A DNA stretch of 64,000 nucleotides from Acidobacteriota bacterium (GTDB lineage: Bacteria; Acidobacteriota; UBA6911), in contig JBBIMP010000018.1 in assembly GCA_037444305.1 (NCBI GenBank), positions 1-64,000 of the forward strand. Reading direction: 5' to 3'. The notes under the pieces are model-generated. The model was not told where the DNA came from and ran no database searches. It was given only the letters and a program-made list of their open reading frames with translations. Below, piece by piece: positions 7,865-17,314 of the stretch. How positions within the stretch are numbered: position 1 is the first letter of the stretch; each line of letters starts with the position of its first letter. A program made the position numbers and the translations under genes.

Positions 7865-8917
7865 TCAGCGGCCTGCCGCCGCGAGCTGGCCGCAGGCGGC
7901 GGCGATGTCGTGGCCGCCGCTGTAACGGCGGTGCGTGGCCAGCCCCGCCCGGTGCAGAACTTCGCGGAATGCGGATTCCGTCTCGCGAGCCGTCCGCCGG
8001 AATTCGTCCCGCCCGCCGGCGTCGGCGTTGTAGGGGACGATGCTGATCCGCGGCCGCACGCCCGTGGCGCGCACGAAATCCCGGCCGAGCCGCGCCAGCG
8101 CCGCAGCGTGCTCCGGGCTGTCGTTGACCCCTTCGAGAAGCGTCACGGCCCACATCGGCGCGATGCGCGTTTTGCGCGAATGATCGGCAACGGCGGCCAT
8201 TACCTGTTCGAGCGGGTGGGCGCGGTCGATCGGCATCAATCGGCGGCGGACCTCAGGCAGTGCGCTGCCGATCGAAATGCCAAGACGAACCTTGGGCGCC
8301 TCTGCGGCCAGCTGGCGAATGCCCTCGGGCAATCCCACGGTGCAGACTGTGATGGCTTTGGCGTTTACTGCCATCGTGCTCGGATTGCAGGCGACGGCGA
8401 TCGCCTGGAGCACTGCATCGAGATTGGCCAGCGGTTCCCCCATCCCCTGGAAGACAATCCCATGAATGCGTTCGCCGCGGCGGGGGTCCAGTCCGCCTCG
8501 GACAATCCGCAACTGTTCGATGATTTCCCACGCTTCCAGGTTCCGGTGCAGCCCAAGCCTGCCGGTGGCGCAGAAGGAACAACCGAGCCCGCAGCCGGCC
8601 TGCGAACTGACGCACACGGAGAAGCGGCCGGGACGGTCGAGCGGAATGCGGACGGCCTCCACGGTGCCGCCCCCCGGAACTTCCAGGATATATTTGATGA
8701 ACGGATCGACCCCACTCCGTTGATTGGCGCACACCGTCAGCTTCGGGAGCGATCCCGCAGCGGCGGCCGCGTCAATGACCGATTGCTTTACGCGCCGGAC
8801 AAACTCCAGGCCGCCTCCGCGGTGGATGCCGCTCGCTATTCTCCGGGCGTCGGTCAGGGAAATGCCGGGAATGATTTGAACCAGTTCATCCGGAGTCAGT
8901 GCCTGCAGAGCAATCAT
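7865..8917 (-). CDS. rlmN: Radical-SAM 23S rRNA/tRNA m2A methyltransferase RlmN
   Basis: 350 aa with the radical-SAM motif CSFCATG, plus GMGEPLAN and ..ISIVPYN.. regions, giving RlmN/Cfr family topology. Confidence 0.85.
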   Translation of the reverse strand: MIALQALTPDELVQIIPGISLTDARRIASGIHRGGGLEFVRRVKQSVIDAAAAAGSLPKLTVCANQRSGVDPFIKYILEVPGGGTVEAVRIPLDRPGRFSVCVSSQAGCGLGCSFCATGRLGLHRNLEAWEIIEQLRIVRGGLDPRRGERIHGIVFQGMGEPLANLDAVLQAIAVACNPSTMAVNAKAITVCTVGLPEGIRQLAAEAPKVRLGISIGSALPEVRRRLMPIDRAHPLEQVMAAVADHSRKTRIAPMWAVTLLEGVNDSPEHAAALARLGRDFVRATGVRPRISIVPYNADAGGRDEFRRTARETESAFREVLHRAGLATHRRYSGGHDIAAACGQLAAAGR

Positions 8918-8940
8918 AACAGGGGAGACAGGCGGTGCCG

Positions 8941-9150
8941 CCCTTTCAGGGCTTCCGGTTCACCTCCTGTCCGGCGATCCCAGGGCTTACGCCCTGGGCT
9001 TTCCTGCAGGACCCTTTCAGGGTCCATCATTTAGGTATCACCCCGGCCGGTCCGTTTTCAGAGTCCGCGTTTAGGTATCACCCCGGCCGGTCCCCTTTCA
9101 GGATTTGTTGTTTGGGTTCGATACCGGCCTATTCCTTTTCAGGATTCCTC
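8941..9150. repeat. Short direct-repeat array in the rlmN upstream region
   Basis: Two 34-bp near-identical units, TTTAGGTATCACCCCGGCCGGTCC(G/C)(T/C)TTTCAG(A/G)G, at 9030-9063 and 9070-9103. There are five copies of CYTTTCAGR. A perfect palindrome GGACCCTTTCAGGGTCC lies at about 9009-9025, and a hairpin CAGGGCTTACGCCCTG at about 8981-8996. Confidence 0.6.
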
Positions 9151-9174
9151 ACCTTGGTGTCTGTCTGCAATCCT

Positions 9175-10353
9175 CTAAAAGGCGAACAGGTAGTTGAGTT
9201 TGACGGCGAGGGAACGGTTCCGGATGTTGAACACGCCGCCCCACTCGTCGGTCTCATTGTACACGATGAAGAAATCGCTCCCCGGCCGGACGATCCAGTT
9301 GAAGCGGATATTGCTGGAGAACAGCCGGCTGTCGGTGTTGTACTGAAAGAGCGTCAGCAGAGCCATGTCGTTGCCGAAGGCAACCTGGAAGCGCGTGGAC
9401 ACCAGCTGAGTCGTGAACTTGCCCGCGGGGAGATCCACCCAGTTCACTTCGTAGCGGCCCGAGAGATCGAAATACCGGTTGATCCGGTAGCTGGTGTCGG
9501 CGGAGATTCGATCGCGCTCCCCGTTCCAGAACCCGCCCGTGTCGTAGGCCAGATTGAGGCGCACGTGCCTCCGGCGGAATGTGTCCAGACGTGCGGAGAA
9601 CGTGTTGAAGCGGTAGACTCCCGGCTGGATGGCCACTCCTGTCCTCAGCGCGAAAGGCTCCTCGATCTGCTCGAGCTGATTGACGACGGCTAAGGTCAGG
9701 GCGTCTCCGCTCTCGAACGTCGTGCCGACCGTGAGTTCACGGGTGCGGGTCTCGAGTATGTTCCCCTGGTCGGTCACGTACTGCAGCGAAGCGGAAAAAT
9801 CGAACTTGCGCACCCACTCCAGGCCCGGCCGCGGGCTGTAGCGCAGCTCGCCGGCGTTCTGCCGGCTGCCCGGCCGCCGCACGAAGCCGATCCCCGGCTG
9901 AAAGTTCTCCCCGGCGTCCATATACCGGTAATCGGCCCCCCAGCGGTCGGTGTCGTAGGCGAAGCGCAGATAGGCGGAGTGCGCGCCCTCTTCGATGTCA
10001 GGCGCGTCCACCTTTGCCAGGAAGCCCTCGAGCGCCCAGGCCTGCTTGAAGAGAAAGCCGGCATCCGCTCCGAAGACTCGATTGAAGCCGCCGCCTCCTT
10101 CGCGGTTGGTGAACAGCGCACCGATGCTGGAACGGCTCTCGATGTCGCGGCGGACGCGCAGGACGGTGAAGTTGTCGGCTGCAAAGCCGTGCTCCTCGCC
10201 CGTCTGAATGTTCATCGCGCCGATGCTGTAGGGCCCCTGGCGCCCGGAAAGGCGGGCGCCGGCGCGTATGGGAATGATTCGCCCGTTGGGCGAAAGGCCG
10301 ATGCGCCGGGTGAAGACGAGGTCGTTCTGGCGGGGCACGCCGAACTGGAACAT
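9175..10353 (-). pseudogene. DUF5916-family outer-membrane protein, C-terminal fragment (beta-barrel ending ..NYLFAF)
   Basis: 392-aa ORF ending with the outer-membrane C-terminal Phe signature. Separated from the upstream CBM9-like fragment by a frame break at 10353-10420. Confidence 0.55.
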
Positions 10354-10419
10354 CCGCTCCCCTTCCAGGAAGAACTGCCGCTTCTCGGGGAAAAAGAGTG
10401 AAAAGCGCGTGAAGTTGAT

Positions 10420-11007
10420 CTACTGGACGTCGACTTCCTCCTGGGCAAAGTCCGTGTTGACGGTGAAATCGGCGGTGAGTCCCGAGGTGACTCCCCATTT
10501 CACGTCCAGGCCGGCGTCGGCGCGGCCCTCGGTGGGCGTCCCCTGCCCGCCATAGCCCGCGCCGGCGAGCGCATAAGGCCGGGCTTCGATGCTGCGGCCC
10601 GGTTCGATCCCGCGCAGGCCGTGCAGGTGCCCCAGTTCCGCCGGCCGGTACCAGCTGGAATCATTGGGGACGAAAGGCCAGTAGACCCCTTCGTTCTTGC
10701 GCGGGATGTTGCGCTTGAAGCCGATCCCGAAAATCACATCGCCGCCGTCGGCCGGCGATTGAAAACGGAGGGACTTGAACGGGATGGCGACCTCCACCTC
10801 CCACCCGGCCGGATTCCAGCTGCCCTGGGCGTGCCAGACCGCGTCCCAGTTGTGGTTGCGGGTTTCAGTGGATTCGCCCGTTTGAAACAGGTCCTCTATC
10901 AGGCCGTTGGCGTTGGTGACAAACTGGATCGCGGTGCGATGGTCGTTGTAGGCATCGAGCAGGATCGAGACCAGATCGTCCGCGCCGGCGTTCTCGTCGC
11001 GGAACAT
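10420..11007 (-). pseudogene. CBM9-like N-terminal fragment of the same DUF5916 protein
   Basis: 195 aa: ..NHNWDAVWHAQGSWNPAGWEVEVAIPFKSLRF.. (CBM9/DOMON-like). No signal peptide is present, so the gene looks truncated and frameshifted. Confidence 0.5.
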
Positions 11008-11222
11008 CGAATTGCCAGCAGGAAAATCAAGGAAAACGCGCCCCCGAAGCCTTCGATCGATCCCTCAGGATGCAAAGAACGGCTAAGAATATTCTCATCG
11101 AGAGCGGATGTCCACCATTAGCCTGGTTCTTTCTGTGTTTGTCCGTGTTCGTCCGCGTCCCAAGATGCGTGCTTCCCCCATTTCATGAATAATCCGGGTC
11201 AGGTGAGCCGGCGGCGGACGTA

Positions 11223-14200
11223 TCAGGGTGCGGCGGAGTGGCGCGCATGGCAGAGGGTGTTGACCAGCCGAAGCTCCTCGACCGTCCGGCATGGCGTTGC
11301 CGGCAGGCGAGGACTTGCCACCAGCAGGGTGAGACATCGCGCGCGGGAAATGGCCACGTTCAACCGGTTCCTGCTGAAGAGGAATTCAATATCCCGGGGC
11401 AGATCCTCTGCGCTCGAGGTCGTCATCGAGACGATAACCACCTCCGCCTCCTGCCCCTGGAATTTGTCGACGGTGCCGACACGGGCGCCGGCCGGCAGAA
11501 CCGACCGCAGGCGGTTGACCTGCACATTGTAGGGGGCCACGACGAGAATGTTCTCGGGCCGCATGGGGTGCACGGCGCCGTCCGTGTCGGTGAAGGCCTG
11601 CAGCAGCAGGTTGGAGTAGACCTCGCGCACTACCTGAGCCTCCTCCTCGGATTTCTGCGAGCAGCCGGCGTGATCCACCCCGATGAAGCGGATTCCTGTC
11701 GGGCGCAACTCGGGGTGCGCGCCCCGCTTGAGGAGGAGTCTGCGATTCTGGTTCTTTGCCTCCGGGTGGAGCCGCCCTTCATACACGGCCTCGGATATGA
11801 AACGGCAGACATCGGCGTGCATGCGCCACGTGGTGGGCAGAAAAATCCCCCGCTCGGGCGGGATCGTCGCCGCGTCGCGGAGCAGGTACTCGAGAACAGA
11901 CATCCCCGACTCGCCGGGATGCACGCCCTGGATCGGCTGGCCGAGCTGCATCTGGTCTCCAACCAGCACGATGTTTTTGGCGCTGGTTCCCATAGCCACG
12001 AGGTTTGCCAGCGACACCTGGCCCGCCTCGTCCACGAACAGGCAGTCGAGCCTGCCGTCCATGTCCGGGTGCGCAAACAGCCAAGCCGAGCCGGCGAACA
12101 GGTCGGCGGAGAAATCGAATCTTTCGGTGCGGGTTTCGTTGGCAATCTGCCGCCCTGCGAAGAACGATTCGCTGTTCATTTCGGTCGCCTTCTTGATGCC
12201 GCGAAACGTGAGCCCGGTTTCGTCGGCCCGCCTCTCCACCGCGTGCAGCAGATTGTGGATCGCCTTGTGGGAGTTCGAGGCGACGCCGACCTTCTTTCCC
12301 TGCCGAATCAGCTCCACGATGATGCGGGATGAGACATATGTTTTGCCGGCGCCGGGCGGCCCCTGGATGAGCAGGCAGCTGTTCCTGAGATTGGCGACGG
12401 CGCGGGTGGACTCGATGACAAGGTCCTCCTTCCCGCTGATGATGGGGAGACCGTGCTTGAGGCCCTTGATTGCAGGCAGTTGCCGGAGCAGCAGCGATCG
12501 CGCGGCCGGATACTTCCCATCGCCCGCCGCCATGGAATCGGCGAAGCGGCCCAGGGCATCGTGCAGCACCCTCGTATCTATGGGCCCGGAGGGTATTAGG
12601 GAAAGTTCCGCCGGCAGCGATCCGGCCGAAGCGCCCCGTTTCAACTTCAGGGTGCCTCCTTCCAGGTCCAGCGCCACGATTGTGCCGGCAGGTTCCAACG
12701 TTGCTGCAACCAGACAGCGGTTGCCCGGTCCGAGTTTTGAGTCCTGCGGCGGAAAGCGATACCCGGCGACGATCGAGCGCTTCTCCGTCCGCTGTGGAAT
12801 GCCCGGATCCAGGCCGAGTGCGCCGATGCACTCGTAGTCCTCCACCAGGTCCTCGGGCGTGCTCTCCTGGCGGTCGAACATGGCCCACCATGCCGGCTTG
12901 GCCTCCCGGCGGTGAAAACCGAGCAGGTGCACGACGGTTTCGCGCGCAACCTTCTCCTCCGGAGGGCTGCCCTTCATGAGTTTCTTCCGGCGCGCGGCGA
13001 TTTCCTCCTCCGCCTGGGTTCGGGCAGCGGCTTTTTCCTCGTCCTGGTCCTCCGGCGCCTCGAACCAGGGGGTGCCGTCCGGCCGCAGATCGAGCAGCCA
13101 CTCGCGAAGCAGGTGCGTGGAACGGCAGTCTGCCCGGTTGTAATCCCGGATCTGCTCCAGCAGGCTGTCGTCGTGCGTCAATCGCCACTGCTCGTAAACC
13201 ACGATGCTGTCGCCGGCGCTTGTCACCTCGCCCTCTCGCTTTTTCATGTAGAAAACCTCGAGGTCCTTCAGCGAATAACCCCGCGCGGAAGCCTGGAGGC
13301 CTTCGCGTACGACCTTGTAGAGGTCGACCAGCTTGCGGGCCCGCAGCAGGTGGTCGACTTCCGCCTCGCGCGTGCCGTAGCGCGAGGCCAGCCGTTTGAG
13401 CGCGTTCTCCTCGTAGTGGTTGTAGTGATAGATGTGCGCGCCCGGATGCGCCTCGAGATGCTCCATGAAAAAGTCGACTGCCTGCCGGAACGCCGCCATC
13501 TCCTCGTCGTGGTTGTGGGCCCAGAATTCGCGGAAGACCGGCTTCCGGCTCGCAAACCGGTAAACGCCGAACAGGTATTCCAGGCCCTCGCCGAAGAAAG
13601 GATCCCCTTCGATGTCGAAGAACAGGTCGGCGGCATCGGGTCTGGGCAGCCTTTCGAAGCCTCTGCCCTCCTTGGGCGGGAGGAGCTGCCAGGAGTCCTG
13701 GCCGGTGTCGCGCCTGTTCGTCTGCAGGCGCGCCTGGGTGCGCAGTCGCGTCAGGCTCTCCTGGCCGATCCCGTCAATGCGCCGCGAATCGGGCGTGGAG
13801 GCCAGTGTCCGGGCTGTGGCGATGCCGGCCTCTATCAGCCTGCGGATCTGCGACTGGCGGATGTTGGCGACGAGCGTCAGGTGGTCGTCGTCCTCCCACC
13901 GGCGGCAACAAAGATCGCGCCACCGGCAGAGGTCGCAGTAGCGGCAGCGGCGCGGGTATGAATATTCTGGGGGCGATGCGGCGAATTCCTCGAAGCGGCG
14001 CTGAGCCTCCAGGTGGTAGTGGCGGAAGTCGGCGAAAAGGAAAGCCGCCTCGCTGCCGTCGCCCAGCACCAGGTGCATCGAGCGGGGTGTGAGCCCCTGC
14101 ATCGCCTCCAGCATGTCGGAGTAGCAGCAGAGCTGGATTACGCGGGCGGCCGAAGGCGCTCGGGCCAGCTTTGTGTCGACCGCTTCGTAGCTGAATCTCC

Positions 14201-14558
14201 CAAGCTTGGAAGGGGTGTCGACACGCCGGAGGAAGTCGGCGTAGCCGAACCACGGGTCCTTTTGCAGCGCGGCCTGGTAGATGACGTCGGCGCCTGCGGC
14301 CATTGCCTTGCGGGTCTGGGCGGTCCTTTCTGCCAGGGAGCCATCCGTTGGGATTTCGACCGCCTCCAGGTCTTCGGACAGCAGCTTTGCGAGGTAGGCT
14401 TTTTCGTGTTCCAGCCCTTTCCTGCGGAGGAGTTCGATGCCGGCGTCCTCCCCGGCCTGAGGAAGAGGTTGCTCGCGATGGCGAAGGTCCAGCCATGCGC
14501 AGTGCTCACACTCGAGGAAGCTCAGCAGGGCCGAGGGCGCGTGCATGTGCGGCATCAT
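11223..14558 (-). CDS. Cas4/RecB-like PD-(D/E)xK nuclease (Fe-S) + RNase H-like domain + SF1 (Upf1/Dna2-like) helicase fusion; TM0106 family, Nhi-like
   Basis: 1111 aa. N-terminal Cys cluster CEHCAW...CRYCDLCRWRDLCC (Cas4-type 4Fe-4S). Middle region ..LFFDIEGDPF..EYLFG (RNase H-like, TM0106/YprB). Helicase motifs: LIQGPPGAGKTY (Walker A), LFVDEAGQ (Walker B), VLVGDQMQL, and DKFQGQEAEVVIVS..NRLNVAISRAR (motifs V and VI). Confidence 0.85.
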   Translation of the reverse strand: MMPHMHAPSALLSFLECEHCAWLDLRHREQPLPQAGEDAGIELLRRKGLEHEKAYLAKLLSEDLEAVEIPTDGSLAERTAQTRKAMAAGADVIYQAALQKDPWFGYADFLRRVDTPSKLGRFSYEAVDTKLARAPSAARVIQLCCYSDMLEAMQGLTPRSMHLVLGDGSEAAFLFADFRHYHLEAQRRFEEFAASPPEYSYPRRCRYCDLCRWRDLCCRRWEDDDHLTLVANIRQSQIRRLIEAGIATARTLASTPDSRRIDGIGQESLTRLRTQARLQTNRRDTGQDSWQLLPPKEGRGFERLPRPDAADLFFDIEGDPFFGEGLEYLFGVYRFASRKPVFREFWAHNHDEEMAAFRQAVDFFMEHLEAHPGAHIYHYNHYEENALKRLASRYGTREAEVDHLLRARKLVDLYKVVREGLQASARGYSLKDLEVFYMKKREGEVTSAGDSIVVYEQWRLTHDDSLLEQIRDYNRADCRSTHLLREWLLDLRPDGTPWFEAPEDQDEEKAAARTQAEEEIAARRKKLMKGSPPEEKVARETVVHLLGFHRREAKPAWWAMFDRQESTPEDLVEDYECIGALGLDPGIPQRTEKRSIVAGYRFPPQDSKLGPGNRCLVAATLEPAGTIVALDLEGGTLKLKRGASAGSLPAELSLIPSGPIDTRVLHDALGRFADSMAAGDGKYPAARSLLLRQLPAIKGLKHGLPIISGKEDLVIESTRAVANLRNSCLLIQGPPGAGKTYVSSRIIVELIRQGKKVGVASNSHKAIHNLLHAVERRADETGLTFRGIKKATEMNSESFFAGRQIANETRTERFDFSADLFAGSAWLFAHPDMDGRLDCLFVDEAGQVSLANLVAMGTSAKNIVLVGDQMQLGQPIQGVHPGESGMSVLEYLLRDAATIPPERGIFLPTTWRMHADVCRFISEAVYEGRLHPEAKNQNRRLLLKRGAHPELRPTGIRFIGVDHAGCSQKSEEEAQVVREVYSNLLLQAFTDTDGAVHPMRPENILVVAPYNVQVNRLRSVLPAGARVGTVDKFQGQEAEVVIVSMTTSSAEDLPRDIEFLFSRNRLNVAISRARCLTLLVASPRLPATPCRTVEELRLVNTLCHARHSAAP

Positions 14559-14753
14559 AACAGAACTGAATGCCCGGCAGGCAGGGCCCTCGGGACACGG
14601 AAAAACACAGGCAGGGCTTTTGCCGGCGGCAAAAGCCCTGCTCGCGGATTCCGGCTGGTTTTTCCCTGACGGGGACTATCCATCTATAAAGCCCGGGGAC
14701 CTTGAATCGGGCGGGTGCGGCCTTTATCATCCACGGTTGCTGGAGGAAAGTTT

Positions 14754-15371
14754 ATGAACTGGAAGGGACTGATCGTTCTCTCGCTGGCGGTGTGCATCGC
14801 AGGCTGCGGAAAGAACGGAAATAGCGGCGCAAAGGGCGAGGGGTTATCGGCTGACGAGGAGTGGCACAAGGGGATAGCGGCCGCGATGGAACGCGAGGAT
14901 CATGCCGCGGCGCTGGAACTGATCCGGCCGATAGCGGACAGAGGGGAAGCAGACGGGCAGTTCTTCATGGGCTTCATGCACTATTCCGGCTTCGGGGTGG
15001 CCAAAGACAAGGCGGAGGCGGCCCGGTGGTACCGGATGGCGGCCAAGCAGGGACATGCCAAGGCGCAGGCGAACCTCGGTCTCATGTATCACCTGGGGGA
15101 TGGAATCGACCGGAACCTCGAGGAGTCCATCTACCTCCTCAGGTCCGCCGCCGAGCAGCGCGATTCCGGAGCCCAGTTCATGCTGGGCCTCATCTACAGC
15201 CGGGGAGAGGGCGTGCCGAAGGACCCGGTCCAGGCTTACTTCTGGCTCAATCTGGCCGCCGAAGAAGGTGCGCCGAACGCCGAGAGCTTCAGAAACAAGC
15301 TTGCCGGGGCTCTCTCCGAGGAAGACATTGCCCGCGCCGAAGAGATGGCGCGGAATTGGAAGGCGAAGTAA
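14754..15371 (+). CDS. Sel1-repeat (TPR-like) lipoprotein
   Basis: MNWKGLIVLSLAVCIAGCGK carries a lipobox (IAGC). Four Sel1-like repeats follow, e.g. AKAQANLGLMYHLGDGIDRN and GAQFMLGLIYSRGEGVPKD. An RBS (GGAGGAAAG) lies 5 nt upstream. Confidence 0.75.
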   Translation: MNWKGLIVLSLAVCIAGCGKNGNSGAKGEGLSADEEWHKGIAAAMEREDHAAALELIRPIADRGEADGQFFMGFMHYSGFGVAKDKAEAARWYRMAAKQGHAKAQANLGLMYHLGDGIDRNLEESIYLLRSAAEQRDSGAQFMLGLIYSRGEGVPKDPVQAYFWLNLAAEEGAPNAESFRNKLAGALSEEDIARAEEMARNWKAK

Positions 15372-15456
15372 GAGGCACGAGGCGCAGAGGGTCCCCGAAA
15401 CCCTGCGCAAGTCGGTCCCCCGCCCCTGATTGAGCCGCGGTCCGGTCTTCGCCCGC

Positions 15457-16278
15457 TCACGGGGCAATCCTGGCCGCCGGTGGAAACGCAGCGCTGGCGA
15501 CAATCTCTGCAGCATCTCCGACAGGCACGAGGAAACATGCGGCGAGGCCGCGTGCGTTTGCCCACTTGAGCCCCTGCTCCGGTCCCATGACGTAGAGCGC
15601 CGTGGAGAGAATGTCTGCAGCCAGGGCGCTCTGGTGCAGAACAGTGACCGATCCTCGAAAGGCCGCCGGCCGGCCTGAACGCGGATCGAGGATGTGACCC
15701 ACGCGCCCGCCCGCCGTGGCGCTGTCCCTTTCGGAGCCGCCGCTCGTGGCAAAAGAACCGGACTCGAATTCCAGAGCCAGGAACGGATCCCCGCGCCTCT
15801 CGGGGTGCGGGACGTAAGCCGTCCAGGGCTCGCTGCCGGGGAGCCTTCCGTGCACCGCCAACTGACCTCCCAGGTCGATCATCCAGGGAATAGCTCCATC
15901 GTGCTCCTGCGCACGCAGCGCACGGTCGAGGGCTTCCCCTTTGCCGAAGGCTCCCGAGTCAATCCAGGCATCCGCTTGTCGGGTTATAGTGCAAGCCTTC
16001 GGGTCAAATGCGAAACGCCTCATGCCCGCATTTTTCCGCGCCCTCTCCAGTTCTTCGCCGGAGGGAATCCGGCCTCCGGTGCGCAGTCCCCAGGCATCGA
16101 TCAGGGTGCCGACGGCCGGGTCAAAAGCGAAAGCGGACCATGCGGTCAGCGTGCAGCGCGTGCCCATCAGGTAGACGCTGCGGGTAACCGGTTTCGCTTC
16201 CTCCGAAGCAAAAGGACTTGCCGCCGGTAAAGGAATCGCGAGAAGGCTCGCAACCACTGCTGACCGGAAGCGCTTCAT
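15457..16278 (-). CDS. apbE: ApbE-family FAD:protein FMN transferase (flavin transferase)
   Basis: ..GHILDPRSGRPAAF.. (ApbE signature) with an N-terminal signal peptide MKRFRSAVVASLLAIPLPAASP. Periplasmic. Confidence 0.8.
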   Translation of the reverse strand: MKRFRSAVVASLLAIPLPAASPFASEEAKPVTRSVYLMGTRCTLTAWSAFAFDPAVGTLIDAWGLRTGGRIPSGEELERARKNAGMRRFAFDPKACTITRQADAWIDSGAFGKGEALDRALRAQEHDGAIPWMIDLGGQLAVHGRLPGSEPWTAYVPHPERRGDPFLALEFESGSFATSGGSERDSATAGGRVGHILDPRSGRPAAFRGSVTVLHQSALAADILSTALYVMGPEQGLKWANARGLAACFLVPVGDAAEIVASAAFPPAARIAP

Positions 16279-16697
16279 CTGCGGCCCGACAGCCAATGTC
16301 CGGAAAACACGGCGACGAAAGCCAGGCCCACGGCCAGGTGGACGAGGGCGAGATCGTCGAGCAGAGCCGCGTCGGGAATCACCTGCAGGGCATAGCCCGA
16401 AAGGACCATGAACGGAAGAACGATCATCGCGATGACTCCCGATTTGCGCAGCCGGCGGCCGTTTTCCCGCCGCCGCCCGTTGTCCAGGATGTGCGACCGG
16501 GCCATGGCGCCCATGGCGAAAAGGAACAGCGGGGCGGCCAGGATGTGAATCTTCTGCATCACCGGCTCCAGCGGGTGGTTGACGACGGCGAACGGGTCAT
16601 CTGTTTTCGTGAAGTGTTTCAGATAGTAGTGGGCCAATCCGCTCACAGCCATCACGGCAATGAGAATCTTCAGAGACCCCATCAGCCTGCCGTTCAT
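16275..16697 (-). CDS. Small 4-TM membrane protein (DUF4405-like, His-rich). Candidate redox partner.
   Basis: 140 aa: MNGRLMGSLKILIAVMAVSGLAHYYLKHF... with four hydrophobic segments and conserved His residues. Its ATG overlaps the TGA of the upstream FMN-binding gene (ATGA). The listed 368-aa ORF is an out-of-frame extension. Confidence 0.5.
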   Translation of the reverse strand: MNGRLMGSLKILIAVMAVSGLAHYYLKHFTKTDDPFAVVNHPLEPVMQKIHILAAPLFLFAMGAMARSHILDNGRRRENGRRLRKSGVIAMIVLPFMVLSGYALQVIPDAALLDDLALVHLAVGLAFVAVFSGHWLSGRR

Positions 16698-17302
16698 TTC
16701 CCCGAAGCTCCGGTTTTCCTGCGGAGGAGCACCCGGTCGATTGCCAGGACCCGGCGGGCCGCCTGGTTCGTGGCGGCGGCAGTCAGGGTCGCACCCGCAA
16801 GCGGACGGATCTCGCGCTGGATGTGCAGCTCGCGGGTCAACCGCTTGTCCTGGTACTGGGCGTACCAATTGCCGGGAGCCATGTACTCCTGGGGCTCCAG
16901 AAAGGCCGTGACCTCGATTCGCTTCAATGCTCCTTCGGCGTCCAGGATGATGAGCAGGCTCTCCTTCTTGGTACGGATGATGTGCGTGTCGACGTAGGCC
17001 CGGCCGGCTTCTCGCCCGTCGTTGAACGCCGTGTAGCGCGCGATCAGGGCGCTCGCAATCGGGTTGCCCGCCAGCTCGCCGGCTTCCTTCATCTCGGCCT
17101 CGGTGAGGAAGATGCGTTCGGCTTTGATCGTGGCGCCGGGGAATGCGGAAATCAGCGCCTGCTCCCGCGTGATCAGTCCCCCGGATGCCGCGGGACCCGC
17201 CCGGAGCGTGAGGACGACCGCAAGCAAGCCGACGATCGATGCCGTGCGGTGACCTGACGGGAACCGGTTGAACGCCCTCTCTGAGGAATATGGGATCTTC
17301 AT
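16694..17302 (-). CDS. FMN-binding domain protein (RnfG/NqrC/NosR-type FMN_bind), a likely ApbE flavinylation substrate
   Basis: 202 aa with an N-terminal hydrophobic anchor (HRTASIVGLLAVVLTL) and ..FLTEAEMKEAGELAGNPIA.. / ..AYVDTHIIRTKKESLLIILDAEGALKRIEV.. (FMN_bind fold). Sits in an operon with apbE. Confidence 0.6.
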   Translation of the reverse strand: MKIPYSSERAFNRFPSGHRTASIVGLLAVVLTLRAGPAASGGLITREQALISAFPGATIKAERIFLTEAEMKEAGELAGNPIASALIARYTAFNDGREAGRAYVDTHIIRTKKESLLIILDAEGALKRIEVTAFLEPQEYMAPGNWYAQYQDKRLTRELHIQREIRPLAGATLTAAATNQAARRVLAIDRVLLRRKTGASGK

Positions 17303-17314
17303 CGGAATCCCTGA

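Noticed and set aside
9110-9135. tRNA-like T-arm sequence GGTTCGATACC
   Set aside because: There is no complementary T-stem, acceptor stem or anticodon arm. It is part of the short repeat array, not a tRNA.
11238-13961. Several long ORFs (364, 384, 469 and 349 aa) on either strand inside 11.2-14.0 kb
   Set aside because: They are overlapping or antisense frames of the 1111-aa nuclease-helicase gene and have no motifs and biased composition.
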